DNA from: Microcystaceae cyanobacterium | GTDB lineage: Bacteria > Cyanobacteriota > Cyanobacteriia > Cyanobacteriales > Microcystaceae | Assembly: GCA_041746575.1 (NCBI GenBank) | Contig: JBGTGT010000129.1 | Coordinates: 1 to 61,085, forward strand | DNA length: 61,085 nucleotides | Reading direction: 5' to 3' | Shown: piece by piece, positions 39,796-50,453 of the stretch | How positions within the stretch are numbered: the first letter of the stretch is position 1 | Layout: the number at the start of each line of letters is the position of its first letter | Notes under the pieces: generated by a model | Told to the model about the DNA's origin: nothing | Database searches by the model: none | The model's input: only the letters and a program-made list of their open reading frames with translations | Made by a program: the position numbers and the translations under genes

Positions 39796-40146
39796 TTAAG
39801 CCTGACGCGCCGTTTCTACAACCTTCGTAAAACCATTGGGATCTAATATCGCTAGTTGAGCCAAACTCTTGCGATCAAGCAGAATATTGGCTTTTTTCAA
39901 CTGTCCAATTAATTGACTGTAACTTATCCCTTCTTGACGAGCCGCCGCATTGATACGGGTAATCCATAAGCGACGAAAATCTCGTTTCCGTTTACGGCGA
40001 TCGCGATAGGCATTACGGAGTGCCTTCATCACCTGTTGATTAGCCGTCCGGAATAGCTTAGAATGAGAACCTCTAAACCCTTTCGCTAGCTTTAGTATTT
40101 TTTTACGACGTTTACGAGCGACGTTTCCTCTTTTTACCCTAGTCAT
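39796..40146 (-). CDS. rplT: 50S ribosomal protein L20
   Basis: [32 protein letters not shown]. Confidence 0.98.
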   Translation of the reverse strand: MTRVKRGNVARKRRKKILKLAKGFRGSHSKLFRTANQQVMKALRNAYRDRRKRKRDFRRLWITRINAAARQEGISYSQLIGQLKKANILLDRKSLAQLAILDPNGFTKVVETARQA

Positions 40147-40214
40147 CGTTATTCTCTGTGTATCAGTTTTCTTTTAAGATTATCTATGAGATGAATGGCC
40201 TTATCGTTATTTTC

Positions 40215-40418
40215 TTAGATATAAGGCAACATCAGACGAACATTTTCTTCATCTCTCTTATCTACAAGAGATAGATTAGACAGACGACGACGTTTCCGTT
40301 CAGCACTTTTATGCTGTAACAAGTGGTTTTTATTGGCTTTTCGCCGTACGATCTTTAAACCACTGCCCGTTGCTCGAAAACGCTTTGCCGCCGCTCGACG
40401 CGTTTTTAATTTAGGCAT
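40215..40418 (-). CDS. rpmI: 50S ribosomal protein L35
   Basis: [30 protein letters not shown] at 40418. Confidence 0.97.
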   Translation of the reverse strand: MPKLKTRRAAAKRFRATGSGLKIVRRKANKNHLLQHKSAERKRRRLSNLSLVDKRDEENVRLMLPYI

Positions 40419-40586
40419 AGCTATTTTATAAATTAGACACAATTTCTTATCATAGCATTTGCCGCTTATTGGCACAAGTCATCTTTTCTTGCTTCTAGGG
40501 TAGACTATGGAATAACTGTGAGGGGATACCTTTATAGAAAAAGGCTTATTTTAACCTTAAAAAAGAAAAAACAAGGAGAATAACCC

Positions 40587-40976
40587 TTAAGCCAATGTTT
40601 CTGGACAATAGCCTAAGCCACGAGTAAATTGCAGACGAAATGCTTCAATATCACTGATGTCAGGGGTACCGTGAGAAACAATAGCCACCTGATAGCGACG
40701 CATCACATCGATGGGAGATTGTCCGGTATCAAGACTCCAGAAAACCATTTGCAGACGAATTTCGGGTTGATAAGGGATACCCAATTCCCGCATATAAGCC
40801 GTAAAATCGCCGTGCCTGTGGGGAGAAAGGGGATTTATAAACTTGACCTTTAAAACCCATCCATTAATTTGATGAATCACCGTAATTGAAGACCGCGGCA
40901 AATCTTTCATTGCTTGTAAATACTCGATCACTCTCAGAGTCAAACTGGCGTTTGCCAAATAATATAAATAATCCAT
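40587..40976 (-). CDS. Conserved cyanobacterial hypothetical protein
   Basis: MDYLYYLANASLTLRV...TVIHQINGW...YQVAIVSHG...GLGYCPETLA; GAGG RBS before ATG at 40976. Confidence 0.78.
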   Translation of the reverse strand: MDYLYYLANASLTLRVIEYLQAMKDLPRSSITVIHQINGWVLKVKFINPLSPHRHGDFTAYMRELGIPYQPEIRLQMVFWSLDTGQSPIDVMRRYQVAIVSHGTPDISDIEAFRLQFTRGLGYCPETLA

Positions 40977-41223
40977 CGCTGCCTCTTGCTCACAAATAGC
41001 CATCGCTTTATACTTATTAGTCTGACAAGAAATGCTTTTTTTTTCTACGGTTAAACTCCCCATTTTAGGGCGGTTAAGATGGGGGGAATTACCCAAATTT
41101 GCCCATAATTATGGGATTGGCTTTTCGGTAAATTTAGAAAAAAGAAAACGAGAAATAAAGGGATATATCCTAAAATAACGGAAAACAAAGGCAATTTCTA
41201 GTATTAATCTCCTGTGACGATTT

Positions 41224-42294
41224 ATGGTTGATTTATCGCTATCGAGCTATGATTATGATTTACCCCCTCATCTGATTGCTCAAAATCCCGTAACACCTAG
41301 AGATAACTCCCGTTTGCTGGTGGTTGCCTCTCAAAAATATCATGAGCATCAAAATTTTTGGAATTTACCTCAATGGTTGAAGGAAGGAGATTTACTGGTT
41401 TTAAATAATACCCGTGTCATTCCGGCACGTCTTTATGGACAAATATCAACGGGAGCGATGGGAGAAGTGCTTCTATTAGAGCAATTAGAGCAAGATAAAT
41501 GGTTAACTTTGGTTAAACCGGGTAAACGCTTTAAAATCGGCAGTAAAATCATTTTTTCAAAGAATTGCAGTGCAACAGTGATAGAACGAGATAACGCGAC
41601 GGGGGGACGTATCTTACAATTTCATTTGCCGTCTCACCTTTCCTTTTGGTCTATTTTGGAAAATATTGGTCATATTCCTTTTCCTCCCTATGTCACCCAC
41701 TCAAACGCTAACCCTGAACAATATCAAACGATTTATGCTCAAATTCCGGGAGCAATCGCCGCACCCACCGCAGGACTCCATTTTACGGATAATCTTTTTA
41801 AAAAGCTAGAGAATAAAGGAGTTCTTTGCGCTGAAATTACCCTTCATGTTGGCATTGGTACTTTTCGCCCCGTTGAAACTGATATTATTACTGATCATAA
41901 AATGCACGGAGAATGGATTGAAATTTCTCAAGAAACTGTCAAAAAAATTCAGGAAACAAAAAGGAGAGGGGGACGAATTTTTGCAGTAGGAACGACGGTT
42001 GTTCGAGCATTAGAGGGGGCATCACGAGTGTCCAAAAAAGAAGGAAAAGAATTAATAACTCACTTTATCGGCAAAACAGATATTTTTATTTACCCTAGTT
42101 ATCAGTGGCAAATTGTCGATGGTTTAATTACCAATTTTCATTTACCTAAATCTAGCCTGTTAATGTTAGTCAGTGCCTTGATTGGACGAGAACGATTATT
42201 AAATTTATATCAGGAAGCCGTTCAGAAACAATATCGCTTTTATTCTTTTGGAGATGCTATGTTAATTTTACCCGAAGCAACCTTTTCAGGATAG
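41224..42294 (+). CDS. queA: SAM:tRNA ribosyltransferase-isomerase
   Basis: YDYDLP..LIAQ.P, N.TRVIPARL, YQT.YA, AAPTAGLHF, LHVG.GTF.PV, TNFHLP.S, Y.FYSFGDAM. Confidence 0.97.
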   Translation: MVDLSLSSYDYDLPPHLIAQNPVTPRDNSRLLVVASQKYHEHQNFWNLPQWLKEGDLLVLNNTRVIPARLYGQISTGAMGEVLLLEQLEQDKWLTLVKPGKRFKIGSKIIFSKNCSATVIERDNATGGRILQFHLPSHLSFWSILENIGHIPFPPYVTHSNANPEQYQTIYAQIPGAIAAPTAGLHFTDNLFKKLENKGVLCAEITLHVGIGTFRPVETDIITDHKMHGEWIEISQETVKKIQETKRRGGRIFAVGTTVVRALEGASRVSKKEGKELITHFIGKTDIFIYPSYQWQIVDGLITNFHLPKSSLLMLVSALIGRERLLNLYQEAVQKQYRFYSFGDAMLILPEATFSG

Positions 42295-42702
42295 GGTTAG
42301 TCTAGGGGAAAGACGAATTTATGGGACAAAATAGAGCAGGTAAGAAAACTTATTTGAGCAATTTCTACTGAGGATGATCGCTTGTCCAAGAGAAGGATAC
42401 AATTGGCAGAAAAATACAGAAGTTCATGATATTTCATATTTTTACGCCCAAAAAAGATAACCCTAAAAAAGAATAATAACTTTTTGAGTTAAAAGTCTGA
42501 GTTCGTGTTAAGATATTTTCACTAAACTCTTCTCCTTTAGGAAAATTGTTAACTCAAACACCTTAAAGATTGAATAACTCTATGTATGCCAGAATGACAA
42601 CAAAACTTCTCCTTAGAAAAGAAACGCTTTAAACAAATTTCTATTCCTGTTTTTACGAAATTATTCAAATAAATTTGAGTTTATATCTAAACTTAAAAAA
42701 TT

Positions 42703-43218
42703 ATGCAAGCACTTAAACGAGAAATTAAAAAAATTGGTTCTCTTGCCCTGTTTTTTCTGATAGGATTTGGTTACATTCTCCTCATTATGAAGCTTTTTTT
42801 AAAAGAGTATTCCATTAGCACCTATGTTCTCTCAAAAGCGATAATTGGAGCCTTAATTGCCGCTAAAGCCGTCGCTATTCTGGATGCTACCCCATTGATG
42901 AATCCTTTTAAACAAGCTCCTCGCTATCTGAGTATTTTATATAAAACGTTAATTTATACCTTGGCAGTTTTAATCCTTGGCATGATTGAACATTTTCTTC
43001 ATGCTTATCATCAAACAAAAGCGATCACTCCAGCGTTCAAAATGTTAATAGATATAGAAAATATTTATCAATTCATTGCCGTTGTTTTATGTATTTTAAT
43101 TGTCTTCTTAATCCACAACATTTTTAGAGAACTTGATGTCTATTTCGGTCGAGGAAATCTCAGTCGTTTTTTCTTTAATGCACCTCAATTAAATCGTAAA
43201 ATTTCCTTAGATGAATAA
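42703..43218 (+). CDS. Hypothetical membrane protein
   Basis: 171 aa, about four hydrophobic segments. Confidence 0.72.
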   Translation: MQALKREIKKIGSLALFFLIGFGYILLIMKLFLKEYSISTYVLSKAIIGALIAAKAVAILDATPLMNPFKQAPRYLSILYKTLIYTLAVLILGMIEHFLHAYHQTKAITPAFKMLIDIENIYQFIAVVLCILIVFLIHNIFRELDVYFGRGNLSRFFFNAPQLNRKISLDE

Positions 43219-43321
43219 TTTCCTTTTAATCCATTGGAAGTTTTGCAGAATCTTTTTGTTTTGGAAGTGATAAACTGTAACAGTAATTAATTCTTGTCTG
43301 TCCTTTAAGCTTTTAAATATC

Positions 43322-44260
43322 GTGTTTTTTAGTGTTGTTATTCCCACTTATAATCGGAAGCCCATTCTTGAAAAGTGCCTTAAAGCCCTTGAAAATCAAC
43401 AATTTGCGGATGATAAAGTTCAAAATTATGAAATTATCCTGGTTGATGATGGTTCAAGCGACGACACCTTAGATTGGTTAACTCAAGAAAAAAACAACTT
43501 ACCCCACGTTCATCTCTACCTTCAATCCCATCAAGGTCCAGCAGCCGCACGTAATTTGGGCGTCTCGCAAGCCAAAGGCGATATTATCGTATTTATAGAT
43601 AGTGATCTTGTTGTTACGCCACAATTCTTACAAGCTCACGCTGATGCTTTAGTAAAGGGACAACAGGATTTAAACAGCGATCGCCTTTTTACTTATGGTG
43701 CCGTGATCAATACTTGTAATTTTGACCATCCTACCGCAGAGCCTTACAAAATTACCGATTTTTCTGCCGCTTATTTTGCGACAGGCAACGTTGCAATTGC
43801 ACGCCATTGGTTAGAACAAGTAGGATTGTTTGACACGGCCTTTCAACTGTATGGATGGGAAGATCTTGAATTAGGGGTAAGACTCAAAAAATTAGGCTTA
43901 AAACTAATCAAATGTCCAAAAGCAGTAGGTTATCATTGGCATCCTCCCTTCGGCTTGCAACAGATTCCTCAACTAATTGATAAAGAAATTCAACGGGGGC
44001 GAATGGGGGTCATTTTTTATCAAAAACATCCCACGTTGGAAGTCAAATTAATGATTCAAATGACCGAATTTCATCGTCTCTTATGGGGAATTTTATCATT
44101 AGGGGGTCGTCTCAACGAAAAAACGCTAGCCCCTTTACTACAATGGTTAATTGATCAAGGAAAACCTCAACTCGCCCTAGAAATTGCTCGTATTTTCCTG
44201 AACTGGTATAACGTTCGGGGGGTTTATACGGCCTATCACGAATGGCAACAAAAGGCATAA
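43322..44260 (+). CDS. Family 2 glycosyltransferase
   Basis: SVVIPTYNR, VDDGS.D, GPAAARN.G, FIDSD, YGWED.ELG.RL. Confidence 0.93.
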   Translation: MFFSVVIPTYNRKPILEKCLKALENQQFADDKVQNYEIILVDDGSSDDTLDWLTQEKNNLPHVHLYLQSHQGPAAARNLGVSQAKGDIIVFIDSDLVVTPQFLQAHADALVKGQQDLNSDRLFTYGAVINTCNFDHPTAEPYKITDFSAAYFATGNVAIARHWLEQVGLFDTAFQLYGWEDLELGVRLKKLGLKLIKCPKAVGYHWHPPFGLQQIPQLIDKEIQRGRMGVIFYQKHPTLEVKLMIQMTEFHRLLWGILSLGGRLNEKTLAPLLQWLIDQGKPQLALEIARIFLNWYNVRGVYTAYHEWQQKA

Positions 44261-44648
44261 TTACTTAAATTTTTGCAACGCAAATCTAAAAAGATTCTGT
44301 TCTTTTGTCTTTATTACTCCCAAAATTACTTACATATAAAAGGAGACCCCTCTTTCAGTCTTAAAGACTGTCCCCCTTCAAAATCTATTGAAGTAAAGAT
44401 AGCGTAAACCGCTTATGATTGCTAAAAAAAGAGCCTCAAACAGACAAAATCGGAGAAGTCAAGCCTAAAAAGCGATCGCTCAATCCGTCCTCTCCATTTG
44501 CCTTTTAAAAGCGGCATCCCTTAGCTCAATTCGTATCAGTGTTTGTGAATTTTAATTCACATCAATCAAAGAGGATGTTAATTCCTTTATTAATCTTGGG
44601 CATACTTTGAGAACAGTGCCATCTATTAAATAAATTCTGGAGGCTATT

Positions 44649-46160
44649 ATGAATCCTTGGGTTATTGGTATTGTTGGAGTTCTAATTGGGGCAATTCCCA
44701 GTGTTATTTTCTACACGCAATTGTCACCCCTGCAACGGAAATTACAGCAAGCCGAGAGAGGAAAAGAACGAGCAGAACAATCCTTAAATCAAGCAGAATC
44801 AGAGTTAGAAGAAAAAAAAGCAGAAATGCCAAGAATTCCTCAACTCGAAGCTCAATATCAAGATAAGATTGACAATTTAAAACAATCTCATCAAGTACAA
44901 ATCGAAGAGTTACAGCGATTGCAAACTCGAATTCCGACCTTAGAAGCGCAAATTGAAGAAATGAAGGCTTCCCAAATGCAAGTTGTCGAATTAGAAGAAC
45001 AACTGGCTAAATTGCGGGAGGCACAATCGCTTTTCGGTGAAGATCAACCTCCATTGTCCGAAGAAGGCCGTCAAACCCTCATCGCCAACCATCAAGCCGA
45101 AATTGAAGCCATTCTGCAAACCCATCAAGGGGAAATCCAACAACTGCAACAGGACAATCAAAGTCAGCTTCAAGCAATTCAACACCAACATCACGCCGAA
45201 CTCGAAGAATTACGAACCCATCATCAAGCTCAATTGCAAGAAATTGAATTGAGATATCAAAGCGAACGACAAGCTCTAGAAAGTACCTATCAACAACAAA
45301 TTCTAGAAATTCAACAAGACTACGAACAGCAACTATTAGAAGCGGCCATTTCCTCGCCAGAAATCGCTGAACATCCTGCCCTATCCTTAACCGATGCCCC
45401 TGCCGAAGCCGCCGATATTGAGGAATTGGACGCATTACTCGATTTAGCCAATGATGAACTCGATGATATAGCGTCTTGTCCCTTTGTAACCTCGATGACT
45501 GCAGAAACATTCGTCTTCGTAGAAGATGCCTCTTCTCTAGAAGAAATTAGAGAAGAAGATTTTGATTTGTCCGCAATAAAGGTCTCGCAAAATTTTAATT
45601 ATGAAGAGGATATCGAGGGATTAGATGATTTTCTCAAAGAAACTGAGGAAATGACTACCGAAGCCCAAGCGACCGATGCCTCTTTAGCAGATGAAGCTGA
45701 ACAAATCCTCGCACAGTTACCGCATAATTTCTCCTCCTCTGATTCTGTTAACGAAGAAACACTCGATTTTCCTGACCTTGAAACATCGCGAAATCTCACT
45801 GATGGAAACGATATTGAAGGATTAGACGAATTTCTCAAAGAAACGGCAGATATGGAGGAAACAGAAGAAGAAATGGCTTTTCTCTCCTCCTTACAAGCGG
45901 ATGACTTTAACGAATCTCCGTCTAATCTGCCATCATCTGATGAAGAAGATGACTTACCCGCTTTTTCTGAAGCTGATAACGACTTTCTGAACGTATCACA
46001 ACTCGAAGATCAAGGACAGCACAATGATGTCAATGACCCCTTTGCCGATATTTTTGGTCACTCGGCTGAAAACGGACAAAAATCCGAGCAGCACTTAGAA
46101 GGATTCGACGAACTATTCAGCCTCTCCGAATCAGAAACTTCAACTTCTGATAAGTCCTAA
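44649..46160 (+). CDS. Membrane-anchored coiled-coil protein with long acidic tail
   Basis: GGAGG RBS; N-terminal TM; Q/E-rich heptads to about aa 230; D/E-rich low-complexity C-terminal half. Confidence 0.8.
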   Translation: MNPWVIGIVGVLIGAIPSVIFYTQLSPLQRKLQQAERGKERAEQSLNQAESELEEKKAEMPRIPQLEAQYQDKIDNLKQSHQVQIEELQRLQTRIPTLEAQIEEMKASQMQVVELEEQLAKLREAQSLFGEDQPPLSEEGRQTLIANHQAEIEAILQTHQGEIQQLQQDNQSQLQAIQHQHHAELEELRTHHQAQLQEIELRYQSERQALESTYQQQILEIQQDYEQQLLEAAISSPEIAEHPALSLTDAPAEAADIEELDALLDLANDELDDIASCPFVTSMTAETFVFVEDASSLEEIREEDFDLSAIKVSQNFNYEEDIEGLDDFLKETEEMTTEAQATDASLADEAEQILAQLPHNFSSSDSVNEETLDFPDLETSRNLTDGNDIEGLDEFLKETADMEETEEEMAFLSSLQADDFNESPSNLPSSDEEDDLPAFSEADNDFLNVSQLEDQGQHNDVNDPFADIFGHSAENGQKSEQHLEGFDELFSLSESETSTSDKS

Positions 46161-46585
46161 CGATGAGTGCAGATTCTATAGGCAATGAGCCAACAACGCT
46201 CAACTTTTCGGACTGACTATTCTCTCCCCTTGAGAAAATCTCCAGAATCTATTTACCCTGAATAACCCTTAATCCCCTTGACTAACGGAGTAGAGGGGAC
46301 TTATTTTGTATTTTGGCAAGATTTCAGGGGCTAAAAGTCTTAGAAAATCGAAAGCGCAGGGAATAGGCGCAAAATTTTCTTTTGAATCTCCCTCAAAACG
46401 CCCTTGAAAAATACCTGATGACGGGAAATTTGCTACAATGGCATTAAATTCTGATGACTCAAAAAATCTTTGACCCATCGCAAAATTCGACCCCTCAACA
46501 AATTAACTCTCTAAATTTCGGCAAACAACGTTAGTATATTAACCAATTAGACTAACAAGATCTTTTCTACTCACGCAATTCTGCT

Positions 46586-47275
46586 ATGGTGCAATCTTAT
46601 TCCTCCATCCCCTTTTTCACCCGTCATCGTTCCTCGGAAATTGTATCGACAGCCCAAAACGTTGTACCAATGGTTGTGGAGCAATCGGGGCTAGGAGAAA
46701 GAGCTTTCGACATTTATTCACGATTACTAAGAGAACGAATTATTTTTTTAGGCACGCCCGTTGATGACCAAGTTGCTGATTCTATTGTGGCTCAATTACT
46801 CTTTCTAGATGCTGAAGACCCCGAAAAAGACGTTCAACTTTATATTAACTCTCCAGGCGGGTCAGTTTATGCGGGATTAGCGATTTACGATGCCATGCAA
46901 CAAATTCGCCCCGATGTGGTGACTATTTGTTATGGACTGGCGGCAAGTATGGGGGCTTTTCTGCTCTCTGGAGGAACCCAAGGAAAACGTATGGCCTTAC
47001 CCAATTCTCGCATTATGATTCATCAACCTCTAGGGGGTGCGCAAGGGCAGGCAGTCGAAATCGAAATTCAAGCCAAAGAAATTCTATATATTAAGAAACG
47101 TTTAAATGAGATGCTGGCTGACCATACCGGTCAACCGTTTGATAAAGTGGCAGAAGACACCGAACGCGACTTCTTCATGTCTGCCCAAGACGCTCGAGAC
47201 TACGGTCTCATTGACACCGTCATTTCCCGTCCCGATTTGAGTAATCCCAATATTCCCTTAGTTTCCCTGAATTGA
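46586..47275 (+). CDS. clpP: ATP-dependent Clp protease proteolytic subunit
   Basis: [42 protein letters not shown]. Confidence 0.97.
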   Translation: MVQSYSSIPFFTRHRSSEIVSTAQNVVPMVVEQSGLGERAFDIYSRLLRERIIFLGTPVDDQVADSIVAQLLFLDAEDPEKDVQLYINSPGGSVYAGLAIYDAMQQIRPDVVTICYGLAASMGAFLLSGGTQGKRMALPNSRIMIHQPLGGAQGQAVEIEIQAKEILYIKKRLNEMLADHTGQPFDKVAEDTERDFFMSAQDARDYGLIDTVISRPDLSNPNIPLVSLN

Positions 47276-47286
47276 GAAAACCGCTT

Positions 47287-48636
47287 ATGTCTAAATACGA
47301 CTCCCACCTGAAATGTTCGTTTTGTGGTAAGTCCCAGGAGCAGGTCAGAAAGCTGATTGCTGGTCCGGGAGTCTATATCTGTGACGAATGTGTTGAGTTG
47401 TGCAACGAAATTCTGGACGAAGAATTAATGGAAGCGCCCAATACACTAACTTCGGCTCCTCATCGCTCATCTGACCCCCCTGTCCCTAAACGCCGTCCCA
47501 AATCCAGTCCCTTAACGTATAATCAACTGCCGAAACCCAGAGAAATCAAGGAACATTTAGACGACTATGTGATTGGGCAGGATGAAGCCAAGAAAGTGCT
47601 GTCCGTGGCGGTTTATAACCATTACAAACGGCTGAGTTTGTTGCAAGTTCAGAAGAAGGGGGGAAAAAGTGGGGTCGAAGACGGAATAGAGCTACAAAAA
47701 TCGAATATTCTCTTAGTAGGACCAACCGGTTCAGGAAAAACCCTGCTGGCTCAAACCCTCGCTAAAATTCTAGAAGTCCCGTTTGCTGTCGCTGATGCCA
47801 CGACCCTTACCGAAGCTGGATACGTCGGCGAAGATGTGGAAAATATTCTTCTGCGGTTGTTACAAGTAGCCGACCTCGATGTCGAAGAAGCCCAGCGAGG
47901 GATCATTTACATCGATGAAATTGATAAAATTGCCCGCAAAAGTGAAAACCCTTCCATTACCCGCGACGTTTCTGGGGAAGGGGTTCAACAAGCACTCCTG
48001 AAAATGCTAGAAGGGACAATTGCCAATGTTCCTCCCCAAGGGGGACGGAAACACCCTTATCAAGATTGTATTCAAATTGATACTAGTAATATTCTATTCA
48101 TCTGCGGGGGCGCATTTGTCGGTCTAGAACGGGTCATTGAAAACCGGATTGGCAAAAAATCCATCGGCTTTATTCGACCGGGAGAAAATAGCCATAAAGA
48201 CAAGCGAGTCGCTGACTTATTCCGCCAATCACAACCCGATGATCTCGTTAAATTTGGCATGATTCCCGAATTTGTGGGGCGAATTCCCGTGATGTCCGCC
48301 CTAGAACCCTTAACGGAAGACACGCTGATGGCGATTTTAACCCAACCCCGCAATGCCTTGGTCAGACAGTATCAAAAACTGCTCAATATGGACGAGGTAC
48401 AGTTAGAGTTTGAAGACGCCGCTATTCGAGCGATCGCTCTAGAAGCCTATCGTCGCAAAACGGGAGCGAGAGCGTTACGAGGCATCGTCGAAGAACTGAT
48501 GTTAGAGGTGATGTATGAATTACCGTCTCGTCAGGATGTACGGCGTTGTGTAATTACGTCAGAAATGGTGGAAAAACGTTCTACAGCCGAGATTTTGTTA
48601 CATCCATCTTCTATAGCCACTCCAGAATCGGCTTGA
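47287..48636 (+). CDS. clpX: Clp protease ATP-binding subunit ClpX
   Basis: CSFCGK..CDEC zinc finger, [27 protein letters not shown]. Confidence 0.98.
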   Translation: MSKYDSHLKCSFCGKSQEQVRKLIAGPGVYICDECVELCNEILDEELMEAPNTLTSAPHRSSDPPVPKRRPKSSPLTYNQLPKPREIKEHLDDYVIGQDEAKKVLSVAVYNHYKRLSLLQVQKKGGKSGVEDGIELQKSNILLVGPTGSGKTLLAQTLAKILEVPFAVADATTLTEAGYVGEDVENILLRLLQVADLDVEEAQRGIIYIDEIDKIARKSENPSITRDVSGEGVQQALLKMLEGTIANVPPQGGRKHPYQDCIQIDTSNILFICGGAFVGLERVIENRIGKKSIGFIRPGENSHKDKRVADLFRQSQPDDLVKFGMIPEFVGRIPVMSALEPLTEDTLMAILTQPRNALVRQYQKLLNMDEVQLEFEDAAIRAIALEAYRRKTGARALRGIVEELMLEVMYELPSRQDVRRCVITSEMVEKRSTAEILLHPSSIATPESA

Positions 48637-48707
48637 AAGCATCAAAAATTGGAAATAAGTTGATTTTTGGCAATCTGTCTCAAGTTTAAATCATTAACGG
48701 ATCACGG

Positions 48708-49583
48708 ATGATGATGTGGACTTCCATTGCGCAACATATCTCAAACGCGACTCAAAGTGACTTTAGTATTGAGCAACAGCGTTCCGTCAGGGGCGGCTGT
48801 ATTAACCAAGGCTATTGTCTGATTGGGTCAGAAACAAGGTATTTTGTCAAGTTAAACCAAGCCGCTCAAGCGGCCATGTTTGAAGCAGAAGCCTTAGGGT
48901 TAAAACAGATGATCGCCACTCAGACCTTACGTCTTCCCCACCCTATCTGCTGGGGAACTGTGAACACATCCAGTTATTTGGTTTTAGAGTGGTTAGATTT
49001 GGGACGTGCGCAAGGTAGTGCTTGGGCAAAAATGGGGCAGCAATTGGCACACATGCACCAAGTAAGGTCTGTTAATCAGTTTGGTTGGGAGATCAATAAT
49101 ACGATTGGTTCAACCCCTCAGATCAATACTTGGACAAAACATTGGGCGGATTTTTTTGCTGAACAACGCATCGGTTATCAATTAAAGTTAGCTTGTCGAA
49201 AAGGGGGAGACTTTGGCAATATTGAGCCATTCATCGACCTAGTTAAAGCTATTTTACGAGAGAGAAGACCTCACCCGTCTTTAGTTCATGGGGATTTATG
49301 GTCTGGTAATGCGAGTGTAACGACGGCAGGAGAACCAGTGATTTTTGATCCGGCGACTTATTATGGAGATCACGAAGTTGATGTGGCGATGACAGAGTTA
49401 TTTGGGGGCTTTCCTGCGACATTTTATCAGGGTTATCAGTCTGTTTTGCCCCTCGATGTAGGCTATCAACAGCGCAAGGTACTCTACAATCTTTACCACA
49501 TTATCAATCACTATAATTTGTTTGGCGGTGGCTACGGTTCTCAAGCTATCGGTATGATGAACACCATAAAAGGCTTTATCTAG
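48708..49583 (+). CDS. Fructosamine kinase family protein
   Basis: GGCIN, FVK.N, F.AEA.GL, N.IG.T.Q.N, HGDLWSGN, FDPA.YYG..E.D.AM..LFGG. Confidence 0.93.
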   Translation: MMMWTSIAQHISNATQSDFSIEQQRSVRGGCINQGYCLIGSETRYFVKLNQAAQAAMFEAEALGLKQMIATQTLRLPHPICWGTVNTSSYLVLEWLDLGRAQGSAWAKMGQQLAHMHQVRSVNQFGWEINNTIGSTPQINTWTKHWADFFAEQRIGYQLKLACRKGGDFGNIEPFIDLVKAILRERRPHPSLVHGDLWSGNASVTTAGEPVIFDPATYYGDHEVDVAMTELFGGFPATFYQGYQSVLPLDVGYQQRKVLYNLYHIINHYNLFGGGYGSQAIGMMNTIKGFI

Positions 49584-49676
49584 TAGGCTATCAACTTAGA
49601 AATTAAGGATAAATCTTCCCCTACCCCCTCTGCTTCCCCTGTCTTTACCCATCAATCTAAATTTGACAAGCTACTG
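49581..49676. mobile_element. Degenerate ~96-bp MITE-like element
   Basis: Left TAGTAGGCTATCAACTTAGA vs reverse complement of right end CAGTAGCTTGTCAAATTTAGA; C-rich internal short repeats. Confidence 0.45.
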
Positions 49677-49793
49677 GGAGTTTCTACTCGCTTAAAAACG
49701 AGGTTGTCAAGTTTTTCTAAAAGTTATGCGAAAAATCAGGACATATAGCCAATTGCGAGTTAATGTCATAGAGTTGCAAACGGTGGTAGTTCC

Positions 49794-50243
49794 TTAAGTT
49801 AATTTTGTCTGCTTTGGTTTAGTGAAAGGTGAATCCTCTGCATATTCGGGAAAAAGATGAGTGAGAAATAAATCGACTGTACTCATCGGTACCCATCCTT
49901 TTAAAGCCACAATTGCCCCAAATCGACGCCAAAGACGATTATTTTGCTGTTCTTGCATAATTTCTTGAATTTGTTCCGGTGCAAGTAATCCAGCTTCGAT
50001 CAAATATTCTCCAATTCTTTTTTTAGAAGAATTCGCTTCATTTAGTAGATTTGGCCATTGATTCACAAAAAAGTCAGCCGTTTTCTGGTGAATCCAACCA
50101 TGTTCAACCAGAATATCACCTAAACGTTTATGGGTGTAAAAAGCTTGTTCAGCTAAGGCAATTTGAAGCTGTTCTAAGGAAATTAGATGAGCTTTGACCA
50201 AAATATCGCCTAGTCTTGAGGTATGCGCTGGCTCAGAAGTCAT
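49794..50243 (-). CDS. Stand-alone protein of tandem MshEN-like motifs
   Basis: RLGDILVKAHLISLEQLQIALAEQ / RLGDILVEHGWI / RIGEYLIEAGLLAPEQIQEIMQEQ / RFGAIVALKGWV; start uncertain (50243 or 50306). Confidence 0.75.
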   Translation of the reverse strand: MTSEPAHTSRLGDILVKAHLISLEQLQIALAEQAFYTHKRLGDILVEHGWIHQKTADFFVNQWPNLLNEANSSKKRIGEYLIEAGLLAPEQIQEIMQEQQNNRLWRRFGAIVALKGWVPMSTVDLFLTHLFPEYAEDSPFTKPKQTKLT

Positions 50244-50453
50244 AGGTTTAAAGGATGACATAAACGTAAAAGATATAAAAAAAAATGACAACCAGATTGT
50301 TTTCATTATTCCCGAACCTTTGGTTAAATTATCGCCGATTATCAGGTTTTACACATCCCCTGATTCAAGATTAATCCGCTCCTAAATATCCTTAAACGGA
50401 ATTCTAAGTCGCTTCTGCGATTAAGATCAAAATTAACAACCAAGTTTACGAGT

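Noticed and set aside
44657..45838. Several alternative-frame and antisense ORFs inside the coiled-coil gene (likewise in cimA, murQ, clpX, HtrA and 60408-60758 over queF)
   Set aside because: Shadow ORFs from biased codon use; no RBS or recognisable motifs.
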